From: an uncultured Planctomycetota bacterium
GTDB lineage: Bacteria; Planctomycetota; Planctomycetia; Isosphaerales; Isosphaeraceae
DNA length: 25,219 nucleotides
Reading direction: 5' to 3'
Assembly (NCBI GenBank): GCA_963823665.1
Contig: CAWGMQ010000009.1
Location: 1-25,219 of the forward strand
Shown here: in pieces, positions 1-9,434 of the stretch
Layout: each line of letters begins with the position of its first letter
Numbering within the stretch: position 1 is the stretch's first letter
Program-made: the position numbers and the translations under genes
Notes under the pieces: model-generated
The model's database searches: none
Told to the model about the DNA's origin: nothing
Seen by the model: only the letters and a program-made list of their open reading frames with translations

Positions 1-2
1 GC

Positions 3-2159
3 CTGATTCGACCGCTGGCGACGACCGTGGTGCTGGCCGGCCTGCTGCTCATCGTCCGGCCGGCCGCAGTGGCGAGGGACGACGCCGGATCCGAGAAGGG
101 CGTGACGTTTTCGGGCCGGGTGGTCGATGTGGAGACCAGGAAGCCCGTGGAAGGCGCCTCGATCGTGGTGGTGCGATCGATCCCCGGCGTCCCGCCCGAG
201 GCGCTTCCCTCCTGGGTGGGCGAGACGACGATCCGGACCGATGCCGACGGTCGGTTCCGGCTGGAGTTCCCGCCCGATCAGGTGGCCGAGCGGAGGCTGT
301 CGCTCACCCTCCGCATCCCGCATCCCGGCTACGTCCCCCGGAAATCCCTGGGTGTCACGCTCGCCGAGGTGATTCGCGGCGTGGCCAAGGGCGACAGGCC
401 CTTCTTCGAGACGATTACGCTCGAGAAGGGGGTGGAGTACACGGGGCAGGTCGTCACGCCCGCGGGCAAGCCGGCCGCCGGCGTGCCCTACCAGTTCGAG
501 AATTGGGCCTGGGGGAGCAATCGCTCGCCCACTTTACCAACGACGAAGAAGGCCGGACCGACGACGAGGGCCGGTTCCGCCTGCGGATGCCGAAGTCTCA
601 CTCGGTGGCCCTCTACGTCACAACCGCCCCAACCGGCCCGGGCGAGTTTCCCGTATGCGCCCTATCAGCATTTCTGGGGCACGGATCAGCCCAGCCAGCA
701 TCCCGATGTCTGGGCTCCCGACCGACTTCGGCCGGATCGTCCTCTCGCGCGGCGTCCGGCTCTCGGGACGGATGGTCGACCTCGACGGCCGGCCGATCGC
801 CGGCCAGACGATCCAGGCGTATGCCGTCCGGGGCCGGGACAAGCACTTCGCCACGACCGAGACCGACGGGACCTTCGCGCTGGGTCCGCTCCGCCCCGCG
901 AATTATCTGGTCTACGGCCAGGGGCAGGATGGATTCGGCGGCGTGTCGCCGGATCTTCCCGCACTTTCGAAGCCGATCCGTGTCATCCAGCCGGTGAGGG
1001 TGTACGTGCGGGAGGGCGTCCTCCCCCGCCGCTGGTGCTCCGCGAGGTCCCGACCGTCGAGGTCGAGGTCCGGTTCGTCGATTCTCGGGGCCAACCCGCG
1101 GCCGGCAGCCCGGCCAAAGTCTGGGGCGTCATCCCCAACGAGCAGGGCCAGGCCAATCCCTTCGGCGCCCACTCGACGCTCGGGGGCGGTCTCGCGTCGC
1201 AGATCAACGACCCCGAACCGCAAGACACCGCCGACCGCATCGACTGGGCCATGCAGGACCGCCCCGACGAGAACGGCCGGATCGTCTTCCGGGCTCCCGA
1301 AGGATTGCGAGAAGCCGATCTATCCACGTTCCCGTTCGATGAGACCGTCGCTTACAAGACCCGCCTGGAGGAGAACGGCCCGCTGAAATACTGGGGCGGC
1401 GGTCAGCTCGGGACGCTCGACCGGGACCGCAAGATCACGGTGGTCAGCTACCGGGCGCCCACCGTGATCGCTACCGTCCGGACCGAGGACGGGACGGTCC
1501 TGCACGACCCCCAAGTCAACGCGGGGTTCAATCGGCGGGGCGGCGACTATGGCTCCCGCTTCATCCAGCAGGCGGACGGCAGGTATCGCAGCCAGAGCCT
1601 CATGCCCGACCACGAGTATGAGATCACCGCCTGGGACCGGGAAGGCGCCTACGTCCCCCGGGAGCTGCACCGCATCAACCTCCCGGAGGGCGGCTCCGCC
1701 GAGCTGACCTTGGTCCTCCGGAAGAAGCCGAAGCCGCCCGAGGTGGGCAAGCTGGCGCCGGCGTTCGCGGTCAAGACGCTCGACGGCCGCGAGCTGAGCC
1801 TCGCCGGCCTGCGCGGCAAGGTCGTCCTGCTCCACTTCGGCTACCCGGTCCACGGCCTCCAGGGACTCCCGACCCTCAAGAGGATCCACGACCGGTTCGG
1901 CCGGGATGAGCGGTTCGCGATGCTCGGCCTCAATCTGGGCAGCGACCCCGCGGACGTCGAGCGCATCATCAAGGCCAACGACATGACCTGGCCGCAAGCC
2001 GTCCTCCGAGACCGCGGGGCCGATCCGATCGTGCTCGACTACAACGTCGGGCCGCCGTACCCGACCTTCCTGATCGGCCCGGACGGCAACCTGATCGCCA
2101 GGGGCCTCCAGGGCGAGCCGCTCGAGAAGGCCGTGGCCGAGGCGCTGGCCCGTCAATAA
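3..2159 (+). CDS. Secreted multidomain protein with carboxypeptidase-regulatory-like beta-sandwich repeats and a C-terminal redoxin/TlpA-like domain lacking CxxC; start is upstream of the window; four apparent compensating frameshifts (~530, ~621, ~718, ~1026)
   Basis: Frame is open from position 3 (LIRPLATTVVLAGLLLIVRPAAVA, signal-peptide-like). Repeats GRVVDVETRKPVEGA...TDADGRF, GQVVTPAGKPAAG...TDDEGRF and GRMVDLDGRPIAG...TETDGTF read coherently only by switching among ORFs 27..2159, 503..997 and 655..1386. C-terminus VGKLAPAFAVKTLDGRELSLAGLRGKVVLLHF...PTFLIGPDG is redoxin-like. Confidence 0.8.
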   Translation: MIRPLATTVVLAGLLLIVRPAAVARDDAGSEKGVTFSGRVVDVETRKPVEGASIVVVRSIPGVPPEALPSWVGETTIRTDADGRFRLEFPPDQVAERRLSLTLRIPHPGYVPRKSLGVTLAEVIRGVAKGDRPFFETITLEKGVEYTGQVVTPAGKPAAGVPYQFENWAWGSNRSPTLPTTKKAGPTTRAGSACGCRSLTRWPSTSQPPQPARASFPYAPYQHFWGTDQPSQHPDVWAPDRLRPDRPLARRPALGTDGRPRRPADRRPDDPGVCRPGPGQALRHDRDRRDLRAGSAPPRELSGLRPGAGWIRRRVAGSSRTFEADPCHPAGEGVRAGGRPPPPLVLREVPTVEVEVRFVDSRGQPAAGSPAKVWGVIPNEQGQANPFGAHSTLGGGLASQINDPEPQDTADRIDWAMQDRPDENGRIVFRAPEGLREADLSTFPFDETVAYKTRLEENGPLKYWGGGQLGTLDRDRKITVVSYRAPTVIATVRTEDGTVLHDPQVNAGFNRRGGDYGSRFIQQADGRYRSQSLMPDHEYEITAWDREGAYVPRELHRINLPEGGSAELTLVLRKKPKPPEVGKLAPAFAVKTLDGRELSLAGLRGKVVLLHFGYPVHGLQGLPTLKRIHDRFGRDERFAMLGLNLGSDPADVERIIKANDMTWPQAVLRDRGADPIVLDYNVGPPYPTFLIGPDGNLIARGLQGEPLEKAVAEALARQ

Positions 2160-2170
2160 AGTCCGGGAGC

Positions 2171-2236
2171 GGAAATTGGTGTCGAGGGAATTTCGTGGCA
2201 TTTCAGGGGGAAATCGGTGTCGTTTCATGAATTCCG
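2171..2236. repeat. Two adjacent REP-like units GGAAATyGGTGTCG...GAATTyCG
   Basis: ggaaattggtgtcg at 2171-2184 and ggaaatcggtgtcg at 2209-2222, each followed by gaatt(t/c)cg; just downstream of the stop at 2159. Confidence 0.55.
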
Positions 2237-2252
2237 GGGTCCGCCTCCGATT

Positions 2253-2319
2253 CCCCGGGTGATGGGAATCCCGGTCCCCGCCGGCTCACCGCGGACCAAC
2301 CTGGCCGAATCACCCGGGG
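2253..2319. repeat. 11-bp perfect inverted repeat
   Basis: ccccgggtgat (2253-2263) and atcacccgggg (2309-2319). Confidence 0.7.
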
Positions 2320-2369
2320 TTTCAAGACACCCAGCGTTTTGGCGAGTTTGAGGCAGTCATTGATGGTTC
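2316..2369 (+). repeat. 54-bp direct repeat, copy 1
   Basis: ggggtttcaagacacccagcgttttggcgagtttgaggcagtcattgatggttc; 49/54 identical to 2884-2937. Confidence 0.9.
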
Positions 2370-2389
2370 CGCGGCGAGGGCAACTGACC

Positions 2390-2707
2390 ATGAACCGGCG
2401 ACGGTTCGCCCGTTCGACCGTGGTGCGACGGACGTCGCGGCGCGATATCATTTCTCATTTTCTCGACGATGACGAGGTACGCGACGAAAAATCGAACCCG
2501 TCGCTGTACCAAGGTCCGTTTGCAGCGTTCACTTTCTCCAGGATCGAGGTGCGCAACTTCGCCGCCTGGAAAATCGCATCGATCTTGAAGATGAAAGCCG
2601 AGCCCGACGAGGATTGGAATCCCGCGAGGTGGGCCGAGCTGCGTGCTCGCGCCCGCGATGCGCTGGCGCACGAATTAGACCCGAACTCAGCGAAAGCCGT
2701 TCGCTAG
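2390..2707 (+). pseudogene. Probable C-terminal fragment of a hypothetical protein
   Basis: From ~2445 the translation is protein-like (ISHFLDDDEVRDEKSNP...RIEVRNFAAWKIASIL...WNPARWAELRARARDAL). The N-terminal part is Arg-rich and unconvincing, and the ORF extends upstream into the repeat. Confidence 0.45.
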
Positions 2708-2883
2708 ATTTGCGCTGTTTCCGAGGAGTCGCGCTGAGTCCTTGTCGATGATTCCGCTGGTAGGTCTTTCATAGGACGGAGTGTTATGCTTCGACTATAG
2801 TTCAACTCACCGCTCTGGCAGGCGTGATCATGCAAGTTCCTGGCTTTCTCAGAAAAGATCCTACACGGGTGCCTGGTCTTCCA

Positions 2884-2937
2884 GGGGATTCAAGACACCC
2901 AGCGTTTTGGCGAGTTCGAGGCAGCCATCGATGGATC
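2884..2937 (+). repeat. 54-bp direct repeat, copy 2
   Basis: ggggattcaagacacccagcgttttggcgagttcgaggcagccatcgatggatc. Confidence 0.9.
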
Positions 2938-3035
2938 ACTCGGAGAGAATGGGTGTCTGGCCGCGCCTTTGCCCGCACGGTTTCATGTTTGATTCCCGAC
3001 GAATGGGTGGCTGTCTTGCTTCCCCGAAGGTGGGC

Positions 3036-3320
3036 TCACTCCTTCCCCCCGCGCTCGACGATCGCCGAGAGCGCCGGGGCGTTCACACTACGTCGGTCGG
3101 AGTATCGGCGGGCATAGCCGACGGGCGTAACGCCGTGAAGCGCGTCGGTGGGGACCTTGTCGTGGAACTGGGCGTCCCGCCGGAAGGTCGCCCGGGCGTT
3201 GGGATCGGCGCCATGGTCGAGGAGGAGCCTCGCCTTTGAGTCGTCGAACAGGCCCATTCCCGCGGCCAGGTTGACGACGGTGTGGAAGAGCGGCGTGTGG
3301 CCCCCGGAGCCCTCGGCGTA
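3036..3320 (-). pseudogene. 5'-truncated ankyrin-repeat protein
   Basis: Frame reads AEGSGGHTPLFHTVVNLAAG...ARLLLDHGADPNARA...GVTPVGYA (ankyrin GxTPL and LLxxGADPN motifs). An in-frame TGA lies at 3321-3323 and there is no plausible start before the first repeat. Confidence 0.75.
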
Positions 3321-3330
3321 TCAGCGATCT

Positions 3331-3346
3331 TGGCCCAGGTTTTGCG
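3331..3346 (+). promoter_or_regulatory. Putative sigma-54 (-24/-12) promoter
   Basis: TGGCCCAGGTTTTGCG has GG-N10-GC spacing and TTGC; it lies 32 nt upstream of the MFS ATG, which has a GGAGG RBS. Confidence 0.45.
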
Positions 3347-3378
3347 AGCGAGTCCAAAGCCAGGGTAAAGGGGAGGCG

Positions 3379-4028
3379 ATGAATGCAGCGGCGGTGATTG
3401 ATCGCGGGACATTCCGGTCAAACATACCCTCGCGGCTCGACCGCTTGCCGTGGAGCGGATGGCATTGGCGAGTGGTTCTAGCACTCGGCATCACCTGGGT
3501 CATCGACGGCCTGGAGGTCACCCTCGTCGGGGCTGTTAGCCCGGTGCTGCAACGGCCAGACACGCTTGGTTTTTCGAGCAGTCAGAACGGGTTGCCAGTA
3601 CGTATGCGGTCTCGGCCTCGCTGCTGGTTGTGACGGGTTTCCTGTTCGAGCGGGGCGTGCTCACAGCGACAACGCAGACCGTCGCGTGGGGCATCATCTT
3701 TTTCTTCGCCTCGGCGGCGGCGAGCTCGGCGTATCTGACCGTCAGCGAAATCTTCCCGCTGGAGCTGCGCGGGCTGGCGATTGCCTTGTTCTACTCGACC
3801 GGCACGGCACTGGGCGGGCCGCTGTCGTCGTGGCTGTTCGGCCGTCTGATCGACAAAGGGGCGCGGATTTACATTCTTTACGGCGACCTGCTTGCGGCCG
3901 CGATGCTCCTCGGTACGGTCATCGTGGTTCTGAACTTCGGGGTCAAGGCCGAGCGGACGTCGCTCGAGGAGGTTGCTGAGCCGCTGTCGGCGGCGGCCCC
4001 CGAGGCAGACGAGCCGGCGACTATCTAA
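3379..4028 (+). pseudogene. MFS transporter with a large internal deletion and a frame change at ~3597
   Basis: N-terminus SRLDRLPWSGWHWRVVLALGITWVIDGLEV (MFS TM1) is joined out of frame to C-terminal helices STYAVSASLLVVTG...AYLTVSEIFPLELRGLAIALFY...AERTSLEEVAEPLS. Only ~215 codons, versus >400 aa for a 12-TM MFS. Confidence 0.85.
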
Positions 4029-4079
4029 ATCCCCAGACTTCCGAGCCAATGCGTGCTTCCTTATGCGAGCGCGCGTCCG

Positions 4080-4256
4080 CTAGCTTCCCATTGCGCTGCT
4101 CACCGAGCTGAACGTGCCGCTGACGGTCGTGGTGAGGTTCGTGACGACGCCGATGGCGGCGATGACGATTAACCCCAGCATCACGGCATACTCGACAGCA
4201 GTCGGTCCGTCTTCGCTGTCCAGAAATCGACTGATCAATCGAACGGCGCGAGACAT
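4080..4256 (-). CDS. flp: Flp family type IV pilin (58 aa)
   Basis: RFLDSEDG/PTAVEYAVMLGLIVIAAIGVV matches the G-(X)4-EY Flp motif followed by a hydrophobic helix; GGAGA RBS before ATG 4256. Confidence 0.93.
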   Translation of the reverse strand: MSRAVRLISRFLDSEDGPTAVEYAVMLGLIVIAAIGVVTNLTTTVSGTFSSVSSAMGS

Positions 4257-4508
4257 GGGCAGGGTCTCCGAGCTGAGCGATTCGAACGATGCGAGGTCGC
4301 ATTCGATCGGCCTCTTACTCAAACCCTAGCTCAAACTGCCGGGCGACACTCCAAAAAACGGCACGTTGTCGATTCGAGTAAGCTTCTGTGCATTTCCGTC
4401 GCTTGTCCCCGCCTACCTGCACGCTGTCACACCCCGTCGATGCCGACAGCGAGCATCCGCGTGCCGCGGCCGAAACGCAACAGGCGATCCAGTGTCCTGC
4501 ATTGGATT

Positions 4509-5159
4509 TCACGGTCCGTTACCGCCGGATGGCGGATTGGCCGCGGGGGCCGGCGGAGGCAGAATGTCGCTCACGGCGATCTCGCCGAATCTGACGCCAC
4601 CGATCACAACGGGGACCCCTTCCCCTTCTCGATAAACCTGGCTCGAACCGTATCCCTCCGGCCCTGGATTGGCAAATGCCTCCACCTGGCGATCCGCTAG
4701 ATTGATGATCCAGTACGCCGGGATCCGACCACGCGAATAAGCCACTCGTTTTTCGCCCCGGACTTGCTCGAGCGTTGTGAGCGACACCTCGACCAGGAGT
4801 TCGACGTCATGAGGGTCGGGTATCCGATAGGCATAATCCTCGGTTGACCCCCGCACGATCGCCACGTCCGGCTCCGGCTCATCGTATTCCGGTATGCGGA
4901 CCGGCTGCTCCGAGCGCCAGGTCAAGCCCGGCCCGATCAGGCTCACGAGCCCATCAAGGGTTTTCCTCGTCGAATAGCCATGCTGCGGGCTCTTTGCCAT
5001 CTTGTCCACCATGTAGCCATTCACCAGCTCAATTTTGTCGGGATCCTTGAGGGCGCCCGAAGGGATGATCCGCTCGTACTCATCGACGGTGAAGCGATGC
5101 ATCGCCCGAAGCGGGAGCGGCTCCGGGATGATCATCGTCGTCGTCGAGACCGTCGACAT
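4509..5159 (-). CDS. Uma2 family (DUF820) PD-(D/E)xK endonuclease-like protein
   Basis: HRFTVDEYERI, IELVNG, EPEPDVAIV, LLVEVS, K..AY.RGRIPAYWIINL motifs. Confidence 0.92.
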   Translation of the reverse strand: MSTVSTTTMIIPEPLPLRAMHRFTVDEYERIIPSGALKDPDKIELVNGYMVDKMAKSPQHGYSTRKTLDGLVSLIGPGLTWRSEQPVRIPEYDEPEPDVAIVRGSTEDYAYRIPDPHDVELLVEVSLTTLEQVRGEKRVAYSRGRIPAYWIINLADRQVEAFANPGPEGYGSSQVYREGEGVPVVIGGVRFGEIAVSDILPPPAPAANPPSGGNGP

Positions 5160-5200
5160 GGGAAACCTCGTGATGCCTGGACAGATGAGGATAGAGCCCG

Positions 5201-6282
5201 TCAGTTGAGAGACTTCTTCTTCTCGAGCAACGTTGGAATCATTTCGTCGAGCTTGCCTCGCGCCTTGACGGAGAATAACTTTCCTTCCGTATCAATGATG
5301 AACACCGCTGGAATCGCATCGATTCCCCACGATGTCGAGAACTCACTGTTCCACCCCTTCCCCTGGTAGTACTGCGGCCACGCAATCTCTTGCTCCTGGA
5401 CGAACTTCTTGAGCTTGTCGAGACCACCTTCTTCCCTGGTTTCATCCAGGCTGACGCCAATGAACTCGACACCCCGGCCGCGGTATTTGTTATAAAGCAC
5501 CCTCATTCGGGGCATCTCGGCGACGCACGGGCCGCACCAGGTCGCCCAGAAGTCGATGACGACCACCTTGCCCTTGAGGTTCTTGATCGAGACTGTCTTG
5601 CCGCCGATCGCGTCGTTGAATTCGAGCTCGAACGGCTTGCCGATCGCTTCGCGCTCGCGGCGAGCTCCAACAAGAGTTCTGGCAAATTGTGTCTCGGGGA
5701 AGTCCTTGATAATTCGATCCTCGAGAGCACCCTTCGTTTTCTCATCGGCCTGAGTCACGAGTCTCGTCAGCATCCTGCCGCCTCGGTAATCATCCGCCGG
5801 CGCAACTTTGAAGAACTCCGTGAGTGCCGTCAGGTCCGGGAAACCGTTCGGCCGACTCTCGAATAACTTGAACCGCGCTCGGAGATAGGCCCCCTCAATT
5901 TTCAAGTCTTGGTTGCCGGTAGCAGCCGCGACCTCGTCGACCTCCTTGAATAACTTGACGGCAGACTCAGCGTCGGCCGTGCGCCAGCTTCGCCAGCGCT
6001 CCTGCATCAAGGCGGGGATTCGTTCGTGTTTCGGGGCAGCCTTGTACAGCTCGAGTGTGAGCTTGGCCCGCTTCTGGTTCGCCTCGCGCAGATTGCTGAA
6101 GTGTTCTTTCCTGTACGCCGGATCGGTACTCATTCTCTTCTGGTCCGGGGCCGGCGTCTTGAGCGAGTCGAGCTCCGCAACGATCGCCGCCACCGGCCGA
6201 TCCGCGGCGCGATCGCGCCCGCCGAGATCACCGCGCCCGCAACCATCACCGCCGTCCAACCGGAATTCGCGAGCCTGCTCAT
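5201..6282 (-). CDS. Secreted TlpA-family thiol-disulfide oxidoreductase (~360 aa; apparent frameshift at ~6208)
   Basis: KGKVVVIDFWATWCGPCVAEMP, FIGVSLD and IDAIPAVFIID. The signal peptide MSRLANSGWTAVMVAGAVISAGAIA from ATG 6282 is in a different frame and joins the main ORF at ADRPVAAIV. Confidence 0.88.
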
Positions 6283-6732
6283 TGTCTGGCCCTTTGAGCT
6301 GGAGAATCGCTGAACCTCGAATTCCAATATCCTACATTGCGCCGAGTCGTCAGACGAGTACGATACTTCAAGAGCCAGTTCCCGGAGGATGCGCGATTTC
6401 CATGTCGAGAAACACGGCTTTGTTTTCACTCCGGCTCAACCGTTCTCAGGTTCTCTTCGCCTGCACGAATATCGCGTTCTGATCCAGCCAACCGAATCGG
6501 AAATCATCCGCAATTTCCCGTTCACTTTGAGTAGCTGCTTGCCTGGGAGCTGGCGCCTGGATCGCGAAGGCTACGGAATTGGTCTGACAACCCAGGGCCC
6601 TAAGCTGAAGTCCGGCCGTCGCAGCGCGAAGCGGCGCCTGGTCAGCGTCGATGTTGCCTGGCCTCACGACCCGTGGAAGACGATATGATTCCATCGGCTT
6701 ACCGCGCCGCATTTCGAACCGGGACGCTTGTT

Positions 6733-9310
6733 TCATTCGCCCTCTGCGACCCCGGGCGCACAAAGCAGCCCGAAAAGCGTCGCAGAGGGTGCTGTGTTCT
6801 GGTGGATGGTGAACTCGCTGTTGAGCGGTGAGCAGCGGTTGTCAAACCACCGCTCGTTGCCCGGCCAGGAGTCGATGGGCGGGTAGACCGTCTTGAATGG
6901 CCAGGCGACGTCCCATGGTCCCTGGCCAACGTCATGATCCTTCCGCCAGGGCCCATACGGGATGATACCCGGATGGGGCAGGCCCTTGCCGTTGTACCAG
7001 GCGTCCATATGAAAGACCTGCTCCGGATGCCGCGGCCCCAGGCCCGTAGCCCACGTCATGTTCAGCGCGTTGCAGCCAAGAAAGTAATCGCACGTGGTCT
7101 CCAGTGTGGCGAGATACCGTTTTGCTCGCGCAGGGTCGGACCGCTTCGACAAGGCATGAGCAACCGCGAGCTGAAGCACCATCGGAGTCGTTTGCTGGCC
7201 CACCAGCATCGGCATGTACCAGTTGCCTCCCCAGCGCAGTGGCCGTTTGGCGGCCACGTCGGCGATCGTGTCGGCCGTGAAAAGGACCGCGGAGCGCATT
7301 TCGCTCGAGCGCCGCCGCCTCGGGCTTGCCCCTTCCCCCGGCCAGGGCATAGAGCTCGGGGCCGTACTGGCTCTCGTCCCAGAGGCCCGAGTTTGGCGTG
7401 ATGTCGGCCGTGTCTTCGAGAAACTGCGCCTCGTAGGCCTTCTCGCCGGTCTGGCGGAAGAGCGCCGCGGAGGCATAGGAGCGGTGAACCTTCAGCGAAG
7501 GCTGCCGGATGAGATCATCAGGACGCGTGTTCTTGCGGGCCCACTCAAAAGCCTCGCGCGCTTCGGCCGTCCAATCGATTCGCTCCGGGTCGGCGACCCT
7601 GGCCAGGTCAAGGCAATAAGCGAGCTGGGCTGCCGCGCCCGCGTAGCGGTAAGTGGACCACGGGTCCTCGCCCGAGGCGGCCCACGTGCGATTGACGTCT
7701 TCCCACGAGCCCTGGCCAACCTTCTTGCCGTCGGGCAGCATCTTCTCGTCATCTCCGAAGGCGTCGCCGGCGATACGCAGGCCGATGCCGCCGGTGCCAT
7801 ATCCCTTGCGCAAGAGCTCGTGGCGCAGCCGATGGCCGAACCGCGGCAGCCACGCGGCCTCGTCAATCAGGTCGGGCACACCGTTACCGCTCTCGGGGAT
7901 ATTCAGGTCGCCATCGCGGAAGTTCCGCGGGGCCAGCTCATACGCCAGGAGCAGCTCCTGGGCGACCCGCAGGTGGGTCTCGTAGCCGTCCCAGTCTCCC
8001 GCGTCCTGGTACCAGCCGGCCGACTCGATCGGTCCTTTCGAGTGAGCGAGCAAGTCTTTCGCCGTGCCTCCCTCCGAGCCCCACTCAGTGTAGCGGACGG
8101 TCGTGTAGATGAGCTTGCCGGCAAAGCCCGGCGTGAGCTTCGGGTTGTGCGGCGCGGGCCGGGTGAACTCGGTGAAGGGAGCTTCGAGCGCGATGCCGCT
8201 GCGGTTGTGATAGAGCCCCCGTGCGACCGTCCGGAAGGCTTCGCGATAAACATCCGCGTCAAGGCGGAACGGAAACGAGGCGCCGATCCCGTCGACGACC
8301 ACGCGATACTGGCCGTGCCTGGTGAACGACGAGAACTCGCATTCATAAACGTCGGCCCTCAGGAAGTTGCCGTCGGGCGGCGAGTCGCTCTTGTGGAATG
8401 TTTCTTGCTGGCTCGACGCGGCGCGAAACACCAGTTTTCCCGTGAACGCCGGCTTGCCGGTCGCCTGATCGATCAAGCGAAATGTCCGGCCTGCGTAAGA
8501 GCGGAGGTCGAGGGAGCCACGATCGCCCATCCAGTGGTAAACATAGGCAAACTTCTGCGTCGCGCCTGGCACGTACCCGAGGAGGTTTACATGCACGGCC
8601 TCGGATCGCAGGGTTGCCTCGTCGAACTTGAGGGTCCACCTCCGCCCGTTCGAGGCAAGACCGCCGGTGTCGACTGTGTAGGTCTTACCGCGAGCCATGG
8701 GCCTGGGAAGTTGCAGGTAAAGCCAGTGCTCCTTGGCGTGGTCGGGCCGGGTGTTGACCGCGTGGCCGTTCTCCCAGCGGTCGACGAACCAGGCGAAGTC
8801 GGTCCCCTTGCTCTTGCGGCCAACGCTCTCGGGCGAACGTGGCCGGGAATAAGCCGGGTCGTCCGAGCTGGTGATGCGATAGCTCCCCGGCCGGCTGGCG
8901 GCGGCTGTATCGAGCGGGCTGGCGACGACCCGCTCATCCGACCGCGGTTGGCCGCGGCCGTGGTGGATGACATGGCCTTCGTCGAAGTGGAGCATCAGCA
9001 CTCGATCGACGAGCGGCAAAACGTCGAGGAGCTTGGGGCCGGGTGGGTCGGCCGGTTGACGAGCCTGTTTTTGACGGCTCTCGTGCACCAGAACGCCGCC
9101 GGGCGGTTGATACCAGGCCATCGCCACTGCCCAGTCCTCGTGCGACGCGCGCGCCTCGAATTCCTCGCCTGCGCCGGCCTGGCCCGGCGCGCGTGCGGCA
9201 TCTCCTCCGGCCAAGGCCAGATCCGACACGGCAAGTGCGGCCATTCCGATGATCGCGACCAGGCAGAGAGGGGCAAGCGCGCCTGGGGCAGTTCGATCCG
9301 ATTCGGGCAC
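6733..9310 (-). CDS. Secreted glycoside hydrolase family 9 with Ig-like module (~858 aa; apparent extra base at ~7300)
   Basis: Signal peptide; AVHVNLLGYVPGATQKFA (CelD_N-like); GWYQDAGDWD; NIPESGNGVPDLIDEA. The C-terminal ORF supplies DYFLGCNALNMTWATGLGPRHP and NSEFTIHQN (catalytic Glu region). Confidence 0.9.
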
Positions 9311-9393
9311 GTCTTGACCCTCGATAAGGAAAGTTCACTTGCCCCTTTGCTATCGTTCGGTGCGAAATCCAACAGCGCATCAGTTGGATGTCC

Positions 9394-9434
9394 GACCGAC
9401 AAAGGGACCGACAAAGGTGTCAGGAAACTTTTCC
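9394..9434 (+). repeat. 12-bp perfect tandem duplication merging into a REP-like AAAGGTGTCAGGAAACTTTT unit
   Basis: gaccgacaaagg at 9394-9405 and 9406-9417, then tgtcaggaaacttttcc. The core GGTGTCAGGAA recurs on the minus strand at 23321-23331. Confidence 0.7.

Noticed and set aside
2316..2937. Direct repeats as a CRISPR array or Tn3 ends
   Set aside because: Only two copies, 568 bp apart, in direct orientation; no cas or tnpA; the GGGG start is not followed by a Tn3-like 38-bp IR ending in TAAG.
4452..4466. Sigma-54-like CGGCACGCGGATGCT upstream of flp (also TGGCACCGCGCTGC at 11305)
   Set aside because: GG-to-GC spacing is 9 nt rather than the required 10.
4509..5159. Uma2 nuclease as a defence system
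   Set aside because: Stand-alone, with no methyltransferase or antitoxin partner; the family is commonly expanded in planctomycetes.
6389..6688. 99-aa ORF in the tlpA-GH9 gap
   Set aside because: No recognisable motif, and GGAGG abuts the ATG with no spacer; not supportable without homology.
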